From: Gekko japonicus
Taxonomy: Eukaryota
Assembly (NCBI RefSeq): GCF_001447785.1
Contig: NW_015160219.1
Span: forward strand, 22,650-86,649
Direction: 5' to 3'
DNA: 64,000 nt
Position numbers and translations under genes: made by a program. The notes below the pieces were generated by a model. That model saw only the letters and a list, made by a program, of their open reading frames with translations, was not told the DNA's origin and ran no database searches. This document shows, piece after piece, positions 47,050 to 61,600 of the stretch. The first letter of the stretch is position 1. The number at the start of each line of letters is the position of its first letter.

Positions 47050-48728
47050 TGTAAGTGGTAAAAAAAATGGCTTGTGGGTTATGATTCAACATAGGAATCC
47101 CTGTTCCTGTAAGCAGAGACAGTCTGGTAAAATAAAAGTATATTTGCATTGTTTCAACCTATGGCTTATTTGTATGCTTTCTGTGTTGTACCTTGTGGAT
47201 AATTGTGGGACATCATCAGTTCCAATTTGCTGACATAAATGTGTCTTGCATTTTACCAGACAGTTCATCATTTGCCCTAGAAGTATATGTTGCTACAAAG
47301 TTCAGTCTGAGTGCCCTTGTTCTGACTTCCTTGGTCAGAACAATTAACCATGCACAGGAATGCAGTCATTCCCCATAAATTTAATTATGTGATTTTTATT
47401 AATAATTTATTTTGAATGTCTGCATTTTAAGGTGGAGTTTCTAAGCAGTGTGCTAAGAAGGCACCTGTTCCTGGGGTTAGCCCAGTCCAGGGGCATTGCT
47501 AGGGGGCTTCCCATGCCCTCCCCCAAATTTTTGGGGAACCCCTCCCTAAATTCCACATGGCTCCATCTCCATAGATAGTGACAATGGCCTGTGATGTAAC
47601 TAGTTCCTCCCTATGATGTCATTGGGTCCCAGTTCTTTTAACGACTTAGCAATGCCTCTGGCCCAGCCCCAGCCCCCCCCCCCCCCCGGGAAATTGGAAA
47701 GTCTACGCCTATGTGTAGGATGTTGATGGAACCTGTTCTGGCAAATTAATTAGGCAGAAAGAATTATAGAGTCAGAGGTTTAGCATGTTTCAGTTACCGC
47801 AGCTGGTTCCACATGGTCTGAAGGATCATTGTTTTCACATCAGGAAGGATATGTTGTGCAGTACTTTTCTGTATTACCAGGCAGATTTGTTGTGGTAAAA
47901 ATGTTTTAAAAAGTAACTTTTTCTCCTCTTTAACAGAATTGTAAAATATGAAGAGAATTATGAGCATTTTAAAATCTAAACATGCTGCAGGGATATTAAG
48001 TCTTTTGTAGATCCGTTCAAGGAAGAAAACACAGAAGAAACACAAACATTTAAACTTCTTAATGCTGATCCTCTGCTTTGCATGGAATACAATTTAGAGT
48101 ATGTGAAGTCTGGGTTAAAATTTCTCTGGAAAGAAGATTTCGGTGTTTCACCATGAAATGCTGCAGATTGTTTGGATCTGCTTGGTTGTTTATTCCCACC
48201 ATTACAGTATACAGGTTTGTGGTATTTACTTTATGATTTGTAAGGCTATAACTGTTCGATACATGAAAAAGAAATGTCATAAATAAATTAAGTATAGACA
48301 GTGTTCTTATTAGTGATGAACGCATTTCTGTGACAGTCTGCTGTGTCCATGAATATAGGGGTTGGATCCAGTCAGCTTTTCATTCACTCTCATGCAATTT
48401 CCCTCTTCATTAGGGGAATCCCAAGTGTTCCATTCCTACAAACCTTTTGCCCAGGCAGGTTCCATGATCCCCAGCATAGCCTTTCTGGTGGTCATTTTCT
48501 TCATTTTCTCACTAGTGGAAAAGGTGGTTGGATCCAACCCATGTTCTTTTTTTCCCCTTGAAAGACTTTGAAATATTAGAAGAAGAGGAGGAGATTGGAT
48601 TTATACTTCGCCTTTCACTCAGAGTCTCAGAGCGGCTTACAAACTCCTTTCCCTTCCCCTCCCCACAACAGACACCCTGTGAGGTAGGTAGGGCTGTGAC
48701 AAAAGGGAATGAAATGGTTACCCTTAAG

Positions 48729-49039
48729 CAGGGGTCATTTCATAGAAAAAGAGGTGCAGGAGCTCATTTGCATGATTCATTTGCATATGCCACACCCCCT
48801 GACAAAGGGCAGGCATGCAAGCATGCCTGGGTTCCCTGCCTGACCTGTGGGGTACGTGGAGAAGATTGGGCAGGGAACCCAGGCATGTTTAGAATGCCTT
48901 TCTGGGGAAGCGAAATGCCATGTTTAGGATGCCATCTGGGGAAGGCATTTAAATCCCCCCAGGCGGTGGGGGCCCCTGGCCCTGGTGTCCTTACTGCCGG
49001 GGCACTGTTCCGGTATGTTCCGGCAGGAAATGACCCCTG
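48729..49039. mobile_element. hAT-type MITE
   Basis: TIR CAGGGGTCATTTC; TSD (C/G)CCTTAAG. Confidence 0.82.
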
Positions 49040-49608
49040 GCCTTAAGATTAAAAAAAAGAAGCCATAAACATTATTTGTGGAAACAAAGCAAGCAGAAAA
49101 ACAAACACCAACATGGGGATTTAAATTAAAAGTTAAACTAATAAGTAAAATCAAGCTGTTAACAGCAAATTAACCAGGAATAACAAATTTAGCCCATGAT
49201 AAAGAATTAAAAATGAACTCTTGCTTTTTAATCTGTCACGCTGAAAACTACTGTTGTACTGATCATTGTCAAGGGTAATTATATACGTTACTAATGATAG
49301 GTTCCACAGGGGCTTCTCTGTTCCTCTCAGTGAGCAAGGAGATATGTATTACATGGGAGCAGCGCCTCCCTTCACAGGGTATACTGGATGGGGATTTGAC
49401 TTAATTTGTGTTCTTTGTGACAGGTCCTTGCAAACTATGAATCTGTGTCTCATATTTACTGTACTCTGTGGGGGGAAGAGTCCAAAATAATGAAAAATAA
49501 AGCCTTGTTATTGGGGGGTAGTGTAAAAACAAGTGCAAATGTGCTAAATTGAAATAGGGGGCATAACTGACCCCTTTTCCTCTCTCTCCCTCTCCTGTGT
49601 AGTAAACC

Positions 49609-49666
49609 ATGAAGTCTACATTGTGCCTTTCTATTGTGTTAACTTTATTCCGTTTGGTAAAATCAG
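49609..49666 (+). CDS. IL1RL2: IL1RL2 exon: signal peptide MKSTLCLSIVLTLFRLVKS
   Basis: Long polypyrimidine acceptor at 49602, accATG context, CAG/GTAAGT donor in phase 1. Confidence 0.85.
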
Positions 49667-52600
49667 GTAAGTGCCACAGTTCACAGGTGAAGCAATAAAA
49701 CTTTGTGGACAAGTTTCCAATTATTTAGAGAGAGGAAGCTTAGATAATTGTAAAAGGCCCCTGCCACACGGCAGGGGAAAAGCCTCTTTAAAGCGCGGAT
49801 CCCCCGGCCGCACACAGATCCCCCGGCCGCGCCGCCTTTTCTCCCCGGCGCGATCAAACGCCGGGGAGAAAACACGTCCCGAACGGGAGCCGGCCGAACT
49901 GCGCATGCCCGAGCATGCGCAGTTCGGCTCCAGGCCGGGGTTGACCAAACATACCACTTTTCTTATTGGTTAAATGACCAGATGCTTTAGCTGTGTGCTT
50001 TAAAAATGTGCCTAGTTGTGGTGCTATGTGTGGAATCACGTTTGAGGTCTCTGCAACTGCCTTTTTAAAAGGACTTTTAAAAAATATTGTGAAATGCATA
50101 TTTGGCCATTTGGTTAACTTACGGGAGTGGCTTTTTGCATTATAGTTTTGTAAGTACCACCCTGCAATTTGAGCATCTGATTTGTATAAGTGGGCGCTTT
50201 TCAGGGCAGAGTCCCAGTTCAGATTACTGAGATACGAACAGCCTATCGGGTCTAAATTTGAGAATATTGGGATGTTTTATCTTTTCTCACAAATCATAAA
50301 TGTACACTGGCATTGGTCTGTTGCGTTCTGTAAATGTTAGGTTAGGTTTCAAAACTCAAGGCTTTTCCGTAACTGAGACTCCTAAGACACATCAAAACCA
50401 GAATCGAATGGCTGCTCTTGTCCCTCCTTTGCTGCATTTCTAATATTTGCAGCGTGAGCAGCAGAGGGGCAATGAGAGAAAAACAGCCTTGTGGATAGCT
50501 GGACACGCCTGCTCTTTCTGGTGTTGAGCTGATCACCTGCCCTTGTGAATGGGTGTTCTAACCTGTAGCTTGAAAAGGTCAGAGAGACCATGTACTCCTT
50601 AAAATGCCTCTCCAGATATGAAATGGCTATTTTGGAAACAATTCTTATTTAACAAAGGACGGCTGACTGCACTGTTATTAAACCTAAAAGTAGAACTGGG
50701 ATGTTTGGGCAGATTGCATTGGCTGTTTCTAATTTTTCCTAGGCTGCACTGAGGAGAGAAAAAGCTGCTATAGATACTGCCATGTGCAATCAGAATTATG
50801 CAAGGGTGAATGTAACCTTTATGTATGCCGGCCAATACATTTAGTACGTAGACAACATTGAATGTAATTGAAAACGTGACGCTGCCTCAAACTGAGTCAA
50901 ACCATTGATTAATTAAAGTCAGTATTGTCTTTGATTGTACTGTGACTGGCAGTGGCTATCCAGGACCTCAGGAGACGGTGTTTCATACCATCCACTAGCT
51001 GCACAATCCTTTCAGCTAGAGATGCGAGTTTAAATGTGCCAAGCAGATGCCCTCTTTGAACCCTGCCCTACCCCCTAATTTTTTTAAGTTCAATAAAAAT
51101 AAAGCATAAAAACTGAAGTGCCTTTCTAGCTTGATGGTTACTGTGATGGCGGGCTTCTTGGCTCCAGGAATGTCTGTGGCACAAGGATGGGCGACGTGAG
51201 ACGTGGTGCCCCAGCCATGAAGGAGGGATAAGTCTTACAGCAAGGCTCTGTCCCTGTGCGGCTCTGATTGCATCCTGTGGATAATAGCAGTTGCTTAGAG
51301 TTGCTTTCTCCTGAAAGGGTCACGAAACTCTCACTTGCTGTCTTAACTCACTTTCTCCTCTCTGTAGAGAACTGTACTGTTCAGGATGATGCTCGCCAGG
51401 AAAAGGTCATAGTGGGCCAACCTTTTTGGATTGATTGCAATGAAATACTTGGTGTTAACCAGAAGACCTATAATCTGAGCTGGTATAGAAATGGAAGTGA
51501 AGAGCCCATAACTAAAAAAACAGATTCAAGAATACATCAACGCGATGACAAGCTTTTGTTTCTTTCTGCAAATTTTCCAGATTCTGGATCCTACACATGT
51601 GTCGTATGGTCAGGACATACTTTTGTGTGGTTTGTGGGGAGGAGGGAACTTTTGCTTTACCAGTGAGAATGTCCATGTCATAGAGAAGGACATAAATTTT
51701 CAGTGCTGCTGGGGAATGAATTTAACAGAGTATGTTGGCATTTGCATTCTTTGCGGGGGTTTGCTGGTCCCTTCCCAACACACACGTTTAGGGAAACAGG
51801 CAAGTCCTTCAATATTGCCTATAAAACGCTCAGCTGTTCCTCACTGGTATTCCTAGGCTTTCAGTTATAAATTCTTGCAGAAGAACCTTAAACTTCTCAG
51901 GGTATTGTTCAAAATCCTCAAATATGCTATCCTTTTTGATTGGTTGAAATTATTTTCCTAGCATTATTTCCAGTGCCTCTTTTCGTCTCATAACATGATC
52001 AAAATACGATAGCCTCAGTTTAGTCATTGTAGCTTCTAGGGAGCATTCAGGATTGATTTAATCTAGAACCTATTTATTTGCCTTTTTTGGCAGTCCGTGG
52101 TATCCATAAAACTCTCCTCCAACAGCAGTTATAAACCATTTATTTGAATATAGGATACATGCACTCCATTTTTCTTCCCAGAACTTCCTAGCATAGTAAT
52201 ATTTACTTAAACCAAGCAGCTGAAATTATTTGAAAATCTTAATGGTTAAAGACTGTTAAGAAGATCTACCAATTATTTTATGGCTTGGGATGACCAACTG
52301 GAAGTTCCCACAATGTCCCCTTAGAGCTGCAAAGCAAAAAACTTCTACAGATCTGTTACAAAAGTTCATATGTTACTCCTCTGTGGGTTTCCCCTGGAGT
52401 GATTTTGCATAGGATTGCAGTTCTTTTCCTGTTGGGCATAGAATCAAAAGATTATAGCCTTAAATGGTTCTTTATTGTTCAAAGTGGAGGTACCTGTGTT
52501 ACCAGTTTGCTATTCTAATGCTAAGAGCTTTAGAATTCCCCCGAAATTAACATTTCTGGAATCAGTGTGTGGCTGTAAACTCCAACAAAGTGTGTTTCAA

Positions 52601-55600
52601 GAGTATGCTTTTGGTAGGGAAGAATATAGCATTGTGCATAAAAGTTAAAACAATTAACAAAACTGTAAAACGTTGTTACATATAAAATTTGTAAGAAATG
52701 GGTAGGGAAATGATTGGGTAAGAAATAAAAAATGATTGGGTATCTGGGTGTCATTGTATCCACTCAGCTACTTAATCTTTTGAATCTAAGACTGCAATCA
52801 GATGGCAGGCTTTGGCACGGTCTGGCCATGCCTCTACTTTCTCCAGAACTATTTGTTCTGGAGAGGTGCAACCAGACATGCCACCCTATTCCTGCCTCAC
52901 CCCACGGTCGACCATTCAAACTGCTGCTGCATGGTCACCACAGAGAGGGCAGGCAGGCAGCTTCTTTAAAAAAAACACCTCTAATGTGCACATGCACATA
53001 TATGCCTATTTGCTAGGAGCAGATATGTGGTTATGTGCACATCGCTAACTGCAAAAAAAAAAAAGGCAGCCGGGGACCGGAAGTGTCAGACCTCACCAAG
53101 CATATCTAGCATGCAAGGGAGAGATCAGACACCTGGAAATCTGTGGTGAAACATGTTCAATCATATACAGTGGGCTTTATCCAGTGCTGGGAAAGTCAGG
53201 GGTGAGGATTGGGATCGATGACTGAGGGACGGGAGGCAGATGTTGCTATCTGATGGTGCACTTCAAATCCGGTAGGGAGCCATCACAACATCGCAGCAAC
53301 TTGCCCATCTGATCGCACCTAAGAGAGCTACCATATAATCTGGGTTTTTGTTTTGATGTCTTGCTCCACAAGGAGTATACAAAAATCAAGCTGATTGTGA
53401 AAGTGTTGGACAACAGACATTAGTTTCATGCAGATACGATGGGAATGCCAAGTTGTTATGGGATTTTGGAAGTAGTGTAGAATAACTGGGAATATGTGGA
53501 GGCTAGATCAGTTTGAATGTGGAGATCTTTCTGAACCATACTGGATCTTCCAAACATCTTGTCCAGTTCAAGGAGCCTTTCATTGGTGCAAGAAGTTATT
53601 CAGGCCTCTTACACTGGGGAAAGCCTTCTTCCTTATGCCTGAGGAAAGTGCCTTCATTAGCAGAACAGATCCATGGGTTTCAACCCAACATCTGTACCAT
53701 AAATTCCTTGACTCCCATAGAACTTGTAGTTACAAAATATTAGAGAAATAAAGGCTTATTAGAAGAACATTGTTGCTATCAGAATTGAATAACCTGTACT
53801 GCTAAACCTTTGGAAGCATTATTGTTCTTTTATTGGTTATTGAAGAAGTATTATGATTATCCCTTACTTGGCACATATGTTTTCTTTTGCAATTTGTTAA
53901 TGTCTCTGTGTGTTTTATAAAAATGTTTTAACATGATTTTCGTCTTCTTTTTTGGTCACAGGGCATCAACAAGATGTTACAAAAGTGTTGTGAGAGTTGC
54001 AGTTTTCAATAACAGCGATGGCCAGTGTTTTAATGATGAACTTTTCGATAAGCAAAAGATACTAATAGGATCAAATTCAAAGCTTGTGTGTCATAGCATG
54101 CCCAGTTTTAAGGACGATATGAGTGCTTTGTCCATTCGTTGGTATAAGGTACAGAGCTAATGGAATTCCTTCCTCTGTGGCATTTAACCACGGGCTCCAT
54201 TCTAACATTCTAACCTTGAAAATGCTGCAGAATTTTGTTAGCCATTTCAACATGCCTAGGACTATGAGGGGAATATGGAGTCCCAAATCTGTGTTTCTCT
54301 TGTCATCGTTAACATAGAATAATTTTTTCAGGAGAGTTTTGGTGACTTGCCTAGGCCTAACATGAAACTTAAAGCAGGGACTTCCTAATTCAGTTAAGTC
54401 TCTTAGCTATTACAGTATACAAGTTGGAAATATGTTTCATGACGATACTTCCATTTAGTGTTTTTGAGACTTGGTAGATCACCCTGTTCATATGTTACAT
54501 CCTGTATGTATCTGCTTACTACATTTGTAAGAAAGAGCCAATGTGTGTTCACTTCACAAATGAAACTGGGGATGAGTACCTGAATAAATGTGGAATTTAA
54601 ACAACGTGCTCAGTTGTACATGCATTTAATGTAACACAAGAATTTAGGGTTGCCAGGGTCCCACTGGCCACCATTAGGGAATGGGGGGATAGGATTGCCA
54701 GATACAGGTTGAGAAACTCCTGGAGATTTGAGGATGGAGCCTGGGAAAGATTAGGGACCTCAGTAGGGTACAATGCCATAAAGGTCACCCTCCAAAGCAT
54801 CCATTTTCTTCAGGGGAACTGATCTTTGACATCTGGAGATGAGCTGTGATTCCTGGGGATCACTATGAGAATTGCTCTACACACACAAAGAAAAATCAAG
54901 TGTCCCGTGTGCATGGATTGTGTATGCATTCACTATAACTTGTGAACAGGGCTATAGTTGAGCTGACTCATTTATTTATTATGTCTTCATGCCTGTACTT
55001 ACAAATGCTAGTTATATAGATCGCTATCATTACACTGGAAGGCTTGTGGTCAGAACATCAGACTTGGATTAAGAGTCAAATCCTCCCTCAGATGTGGATA
55101 TTTTTAGTGGCCTTGGGCCAATCCCTCTCCTTCAGCCTAGCTCACAGGGTTCTTCTTCCTAGAATGCAGTTATGTTACTTTGCCAGGGAAAACATCACCA
55201 TGAAATGTATTGTTCTTTCAATTGAATAAGAACTTTGCCCACTAGGACTGCAGACTGGGCCATTAAAATGGCACAGAAACAAGCTGGGCAGTCCTGTGTG
55301 GTCCCACTTGGAGGCAATAGGGAAGGAATTGACAAATGATCCTCTCTACCCATTGCCATGGACTGGGTACAAGCCCCTGCAGCCCTGCCAACAGGACTGG
55401 GTGTAAACCAGAAGAGCAGCGCATTAGGGATTTTCTTGGACTACATAAAACAGAGGGGAACTCTCTTGGATTTTGATTTCTGTTCTTTGGTGGATCTTGA
55501 GTGGGATTTGTCTGGGATTATGTAGAAGCCTGTAGGAAGCATCTTGTGGTTCATTTGAGTGTACTCTGTTCGCATGCCATGTATGATGAAAAAGAACTTA

Positions 55601-58600
55601 CCTTGGTTGCACTTAGGAATGTAAGCAGCTGGATGGGGAACGATTTGTCTTCCTTGACAAGGATTTTATAATAAACAATGTGAATTCAAATGATTCTGGA
55701 AAGTACCAGTGCAAAGCAACATACACTTATGAGGGGAATAAATATAACATCTCAGGAAGCATTTTGGCACTTGCTATAGGTAAGTGAATGCATTTTGTTA
55801 GTTCACTGGTAATGTTTTGTATTCAAACACTCCTAGGTATTGTGCTGAACCCAATGGAGCAGTTCCACAGAATGGAGCAATTCCACGAAGGATTTCCACC
55901 CAGGGAGCATGACTTTCTTGCCTCCCCCTCCTGCTGGAGCTGAAAATGCACCCCTATGCTGCTCTTGGGGCAGCATTTCAGGAAGCGTTTGGGGCTGTAG
56001 CAGAAGTAGGAAGCAAGAAGGTCACATTGTGCGGGCAGAAATCCTTCCGACTAAGGAAATCCTCCTTAGACCCAAGTCGTTGTCTCCGATTTCTTTTTCC
56101 AGTGCAAAACTTCTGTTAACTTCACTGGGTTTTCAATCAGCGACCAACAGGGTTGCCAGCTCTGGATTAGGAAATACCGGGGGGTGGGGGGGGTGGCAAT
56201 GTTGCCTCTAAGCTGAGTTAGTGTGAGCTCACACCGGCTCACACGTTTTTGTCTTAGCTCAGGAAGGATGGCTCCAGAGCAAACTATTTTATGCAGTAGC
56301 CAAATTGCTTGCTCAAAACGTTAATGCTAGTAGCTCACAAAGTAGAATTTTTGCTCACAGGACTCCACAGCTTAGAGGGAACATTGGGGGGTGGAGCCTT
56401 AGAGGGGCGGATTTGGGGGCATAATGCCAGAGAGTCCAATTCCCGAAGCAGCCACTTTCTCCAAGTGAACTGATCTCTCTCGCCTGGAAATCAGTTGTAA
56501 TAGTGGGAGATCTCAAGCCACCACCTGGAGGTTGAAAGGAAACAAACAACCGTGATGTATTGTGCCAAAAAAAGGTCTTCACAGACTCGAAAAATCTTTT
56601 TCCAGTATTTAGTTTACTTCCAGTATTTAGTTTACTTCTCCTTTCCGTCTCCCCCAAAACCCACATGAATTTGTGTGTCTGATTCTTCCTATGTGGTACA
56701 TCCTCTCTATATGAAAAGGAATGTGCGGTGCAATGCCTCCTTCAAACATTGCTCTTTTCCATTGCTTCAAGCTACTTTTCTCCATAGCTTAGGGACAGCT
56801 TTAGTACGGCCCTCATCCACATACAGCTTTCCACAGAACACACTAGTCTTCTGTCCCCACTTAGTATACAAATAAGGGTCGTCACATAAAGAATACTCGT
56901 TGCTTCCCTGTCACATCTCATTTGACCCCAAGAATCGATGTGAACTGGCTGTTCGCATGTGTTTATATTTCTCAGCTCTTGCAGTGATTCTGTCACTTCC
57001 TTTGTCACTGCTGCGCCATTGCAAGTGATGTTCACTTTGGCATTTCTGTGTCAACAAATTGGTATTCTCACAACTCTGATTAGTTTTTGGAGCCGTGCCA
57101 GTGTGGCTGTACTGAATGTTTCCCCGTCCCCGTGTGAAAGATGCAAATTGTACTATAATACAATAATGCCCTACGTCAGAGACAAGGCTGTTAATCTTCT
57201 ATTCAAATCTTATGAGTAGGTGACCTTCAGCAAGCCTTTTTTAAAAAATTCTCAGTTCTCCCATCTGTGTAATTGGATGCAGTGATGACACAGAGTACAG
57301 GTTTGTTGTTAGGACTACGTACGTGCTCTGAACTTTCTAAAACCCCGTATTGTTATCATTATGTGCTTGTTATATGTGTTACCTGAACTTTGACATAAAA
57401 GGCATATTTTCAAAAAATGCTTCTTTTTAATTTTTTGCTAGGAAGTCCAGTGAAAAAAGGAACTGAGATTCTGTACCCAAGGAACAACACAATTGAAGCA
57501 GAACTTGGTAAATCTTCCTCTATTTTATCTTCAGTCTGTTTGTCTAAAGACATATGGTGACTGTGAGGGCAACTGGCAAAAACATACCACCTCTTGGGGT
57601 GCAAGGAAATTTTAGTGTTGCCTAGTTAAATTTCACTTAGAGTTCCTTGGAAATTCATGTTAGAAATCCAAGTCGATGGCATTATGCTGCATCCCCATTT
57701 CTGTTGCTGTCATTCTTCATTTTCCCACAGATCAAGCCACATACCAGTTACTCGATTTTCCCTATGCCACCCACTTTTCTCTTATTATTCCATAGCTTTC
57801 TCTCTCTCTGTTGCTCTTTACTCTCCATGATACTTCTAGATAGGTATCCATGTTTGTTTGTGGCAGCAAAATGAAAGGAGGAGTGCAGTGGCTGTCAAAA
57901 TGTCTTCCACAAGCTTCTGTGACTTAGAGCTCACTAAACTGTTTTATTGTGTTGCTCTTTACTTTGTTTCCCCATATTTGTTAATCTCCTCTGTTTTTCT
58001 ACTTTGGTCTTCCTGTGTCCTCACTCTCAGTACCATCTCTTTCTCTCTCTCTCTCTCTCTCTCTAAAAACTCCAGGCTTATTTCCATTTCCCCTCTTGCC
58101 TCCTTTTCCACCCAGTTCATTGGCACTAGCGCACAAAGCTTTCACGTTCAAGCAATCCAGGGACTTAAAGGCAATTCTCTCTCTGGGCAATCCACACAAG
58201 ATGCAGGCAGGACATGCAAACAGGCTAGAAAACTGGCCAGCTCCACCATGTGCTGGTGAATGCAGAGATGGAGGCACTCTGCCATCCCCATTATCACTTT
58301 ACATAAAGATATGGGAAGGGGTCTGCAACAGTGAATATGTCAGATTTCCCCAGAGAGCTGAAAACAGACAGGGAGGAAGCCTCAGGTGACCTTATAGTAT
58401 GCAAATCCATTGTACTTCACCACTGAGTGGAATGAAATTGTATGTTCCAGTTTGCAGGGATGCAGTGTCTTAGGAAAGGCCTGTGTTCTCATTCCATTGT
58501 ACAACTACACGTTATTGGCCTCTGATGTCCATTTTCATTTCAGGATCCAGTGTGTTTGTAGAGTGCAATGTATCAGATTCCACAGACAGTCTTACTGCTA

Positions 58601-61600
58601 TATCCTGGAAAGTCAATAAAATTCTCGTCAACGATCTGTTTGATGGTAGAATTCAAGAGGGATATGAGTAAGTATCTGTATTGTATACAAACAAATCAAA
58701 CAACGATCTGAAACAGTAACTCACCTGTTTCTTTGTTTACTGCAATGAATGTCAGTTTTCATGGTGGGTAAAAACAAATTCTGACAGCTAGAATTTAGAA
58801 CAGCATTGGTGGGTGTTAATAGTTATTGCTCTGTCAGCTAGCTTGGATTATTGTTTATTAAAGAACAGTGTTTCACATTCAGGACTCTTCATGTAATGTA
58901 TGTAGACTAAAGAATAGAGATTTTCATTTGATCTTAGAAACCTCAATTTCCCTGGCAAACTTGCTTCCCACTTGCAGATCTTGCCTGAGAACTGCAGATC
59001 GTGTTCTGTATCTTGCTTGCAGTTCTTATGGGCAATGTGAACAGACCCAGCAGGCTTGTAAACTGTGTGTTAGAGGGTTGCCAGCTCCAGGTTGGGAAAT
59101 ACCTGGAGATTTGAGGGGTGGAGACTTAGGAGGGTGGGGTTTGGGGAGGTGTAGTGCCACTGCCAGGCAGGCAGTTACCACCAGACCTCAAGCACTCCTT
59201 TGCCAACCTGGCAGGAGGTTGGGCTGGAGGCCTGACAAGCAGAGCACTCTAACTATTACTAAAAAAATCAGAAGTCAAGTTCCTCTTGCTCCTAAACCAC
59301 AGTAGGCTGCCACCAGACCTGTTTCATCCAGAAATGCAAGGCACAGGCCAACTCTGCTTCCTTTAGGACTTTGAGCAGAAATCCAAACTCCAGAGTCAGG
59401 AGTTCCACTCATATACTATTGGTAGGGCCAAAAGGGCAACTAGAAAAAGCCTTCTGCAAACCCCAGACAGAAACACACCAAACAGATATGTAACTAAAAA
59501 TTTTATTTATGGTGCAAAGCAATACCAACATACTAGGTGAACAGAAAATAAAAAAGGTTTTTAATACTTCTAGCTAGTTACCTTGGATATTACAACACCA
59601 GTTATCCACAGCAATTCTTCAAGCAATAAGAGCAGTCTGCTTACAGCAGTTCAGCAGAACAGACCACAAATCTCAGTTTCTCCAACAGAGGTTCAGGGTT
59701 TCCCTCCAAATGGAAAAACAAGAGACCCTGTAGCATACCCAGCTACAGGTCTAAAGTTAGACAAAGAAAAGAGGAAAAGACTTCATTTTTAACCATTTCT
59801 GGGAACACCTGACCATAGGCACTAATGGGACCTTGCAACCCCAGTACCAATCAGGGAGTTTGACATATGTAAATGAAGTATTTGTCATATGTAATTGAAA
59901 GCTGAACTGGTTAACATTCACATGCTCGGTTGTTGCATGGGAACCCCAACCAGCCTCGGCTGTCCAAGGCCATTCCTAAAAAAACAAGTCTTCGTGGTGT
60001 CAGTGCTAGGCAACCCAAAGCTAATGGTCTGCAGGTGGCCTTATCAGCACTTCTCAGTCTCAAGAACACAAAACCAAACACAGGGCTCCTGCGAGGAACT
60101 ACATACAAATGAACAATTAAAAATAAAATAAAAATAGCCCCCCGGTTACTACAGGAGGGGGAGGGACTTCAGTATAATGCCACAAAATCCATCTTCCAAA
60201 GAAGCCATTTTCTCCAGGTCAACTTATCTCTGTCACCTGGAGGTCAGCTGAAAAATCTGGAGATCTCCAGCTACTACCTGGAAGTTGGCAACCCTAACCA
60301 TAGGACACTCTCCCGAATCCAGGCATTCTGATGCTTAGGAGTTCTTCTGCAGACAAATTGATGTGGGTTGTGTTCAATGTTCTCTCTAAGCTGTGGAGCC
60401 TTGTGAGCAAAAATCCTACTTTGTGAGCTACTGGGCATTAAAGTTGTGAGCAAGAGATGTGGCTACTGCATAAATTAGTTTGCTCTGGAGCCATCCTTCC
60501 TGAGCGAAGATGAAAATGTGTGAGCCAGAGGCTAAAAAACTGTGAGCTAGCTCACACTAACTCAGCTTAGAGGGAACACTGGTTGTGTTGTCTGGGGTAA
60601 GAAAGTGAAAATGCTACCAACGTGTTGACACACGGATGCTGTACTTCATATAAAACAAGAGGCGGTATAGTTCCTTGTGAGAACTTGTGCAAGAGGCGGT
60701 ATAGTTCCTTGTGAGAACTACAGCATGTCAGGTTTTGTACTGTTGAATCTGCCCTGAATATGGCTGATGTGGCTTCATCTACCTAGCGACCAGGGGTCAT
60801 TTCGTAGAAAAAGAGCTAGGGGAACTCATTAGCATAACTCATTAGCATATGCCACACCCCCTGACATCAGGGGCCCGGCGGTGGACCTGCAAGGCCAGCG
60901 GGAGTGCGAGGAAGCCCCGCCAAGGCCCTCCCTGGCCCCAGGCAGGCAGGGGTGGGGAGAGGCGGGGAGGAAGCAACTTACCCTCCCTCTTCTCCTGCCT
61001 CCTCCTGGCTGAATGAGGGCTGGAAGCGGGGTGGCCAGAAGCAGGGGGCGGGGCTTCATCATGTACCCTGCCCCCTGCACCTCACCCGGGGGAACTGTGT
61101 TCCCCCACGTTCCCCCCCGAAATGACCTCTGCTAGCGACTGGTTTACAGCTGAGCTGAGCTTTTCATAACTAGCACCTACCACTTCCCTCCAGATCCAAA
61201 TGCAGTGCTTTTTTTTTTATGAGGGCACAGTGGATCATGAGTGCAGGTCTTCACTGTGGTGTTTACATTTTGGACAGTAAATACTTCCCTGCGGAAGAAG
61301 AGCTGCTTACTGTAGTGCCTCTGAACATCACCGTACTGAAACAGGAAGATTACGGCGAGCGGTTTGTCTGCCATGCTGGGAAAGTGGCAGCATACATCTC
61401 GGTGCAACCTCCAAGTATGTCATTCGGTTTCTGTTAGTAATCTATTTCAACTGCGAAAAGTATTTTAAAAAGGAAAAGATAACTCGTTTTAAAAAGGAAT
61501 GAAGAAATAACAGGTTTTCCAAACTGAAATGTTTTATAAAACAGAAATAGAGACCTGTGAAAAATTGGTGATGGGAGATACCTTCTTCTACCCTTTATTG

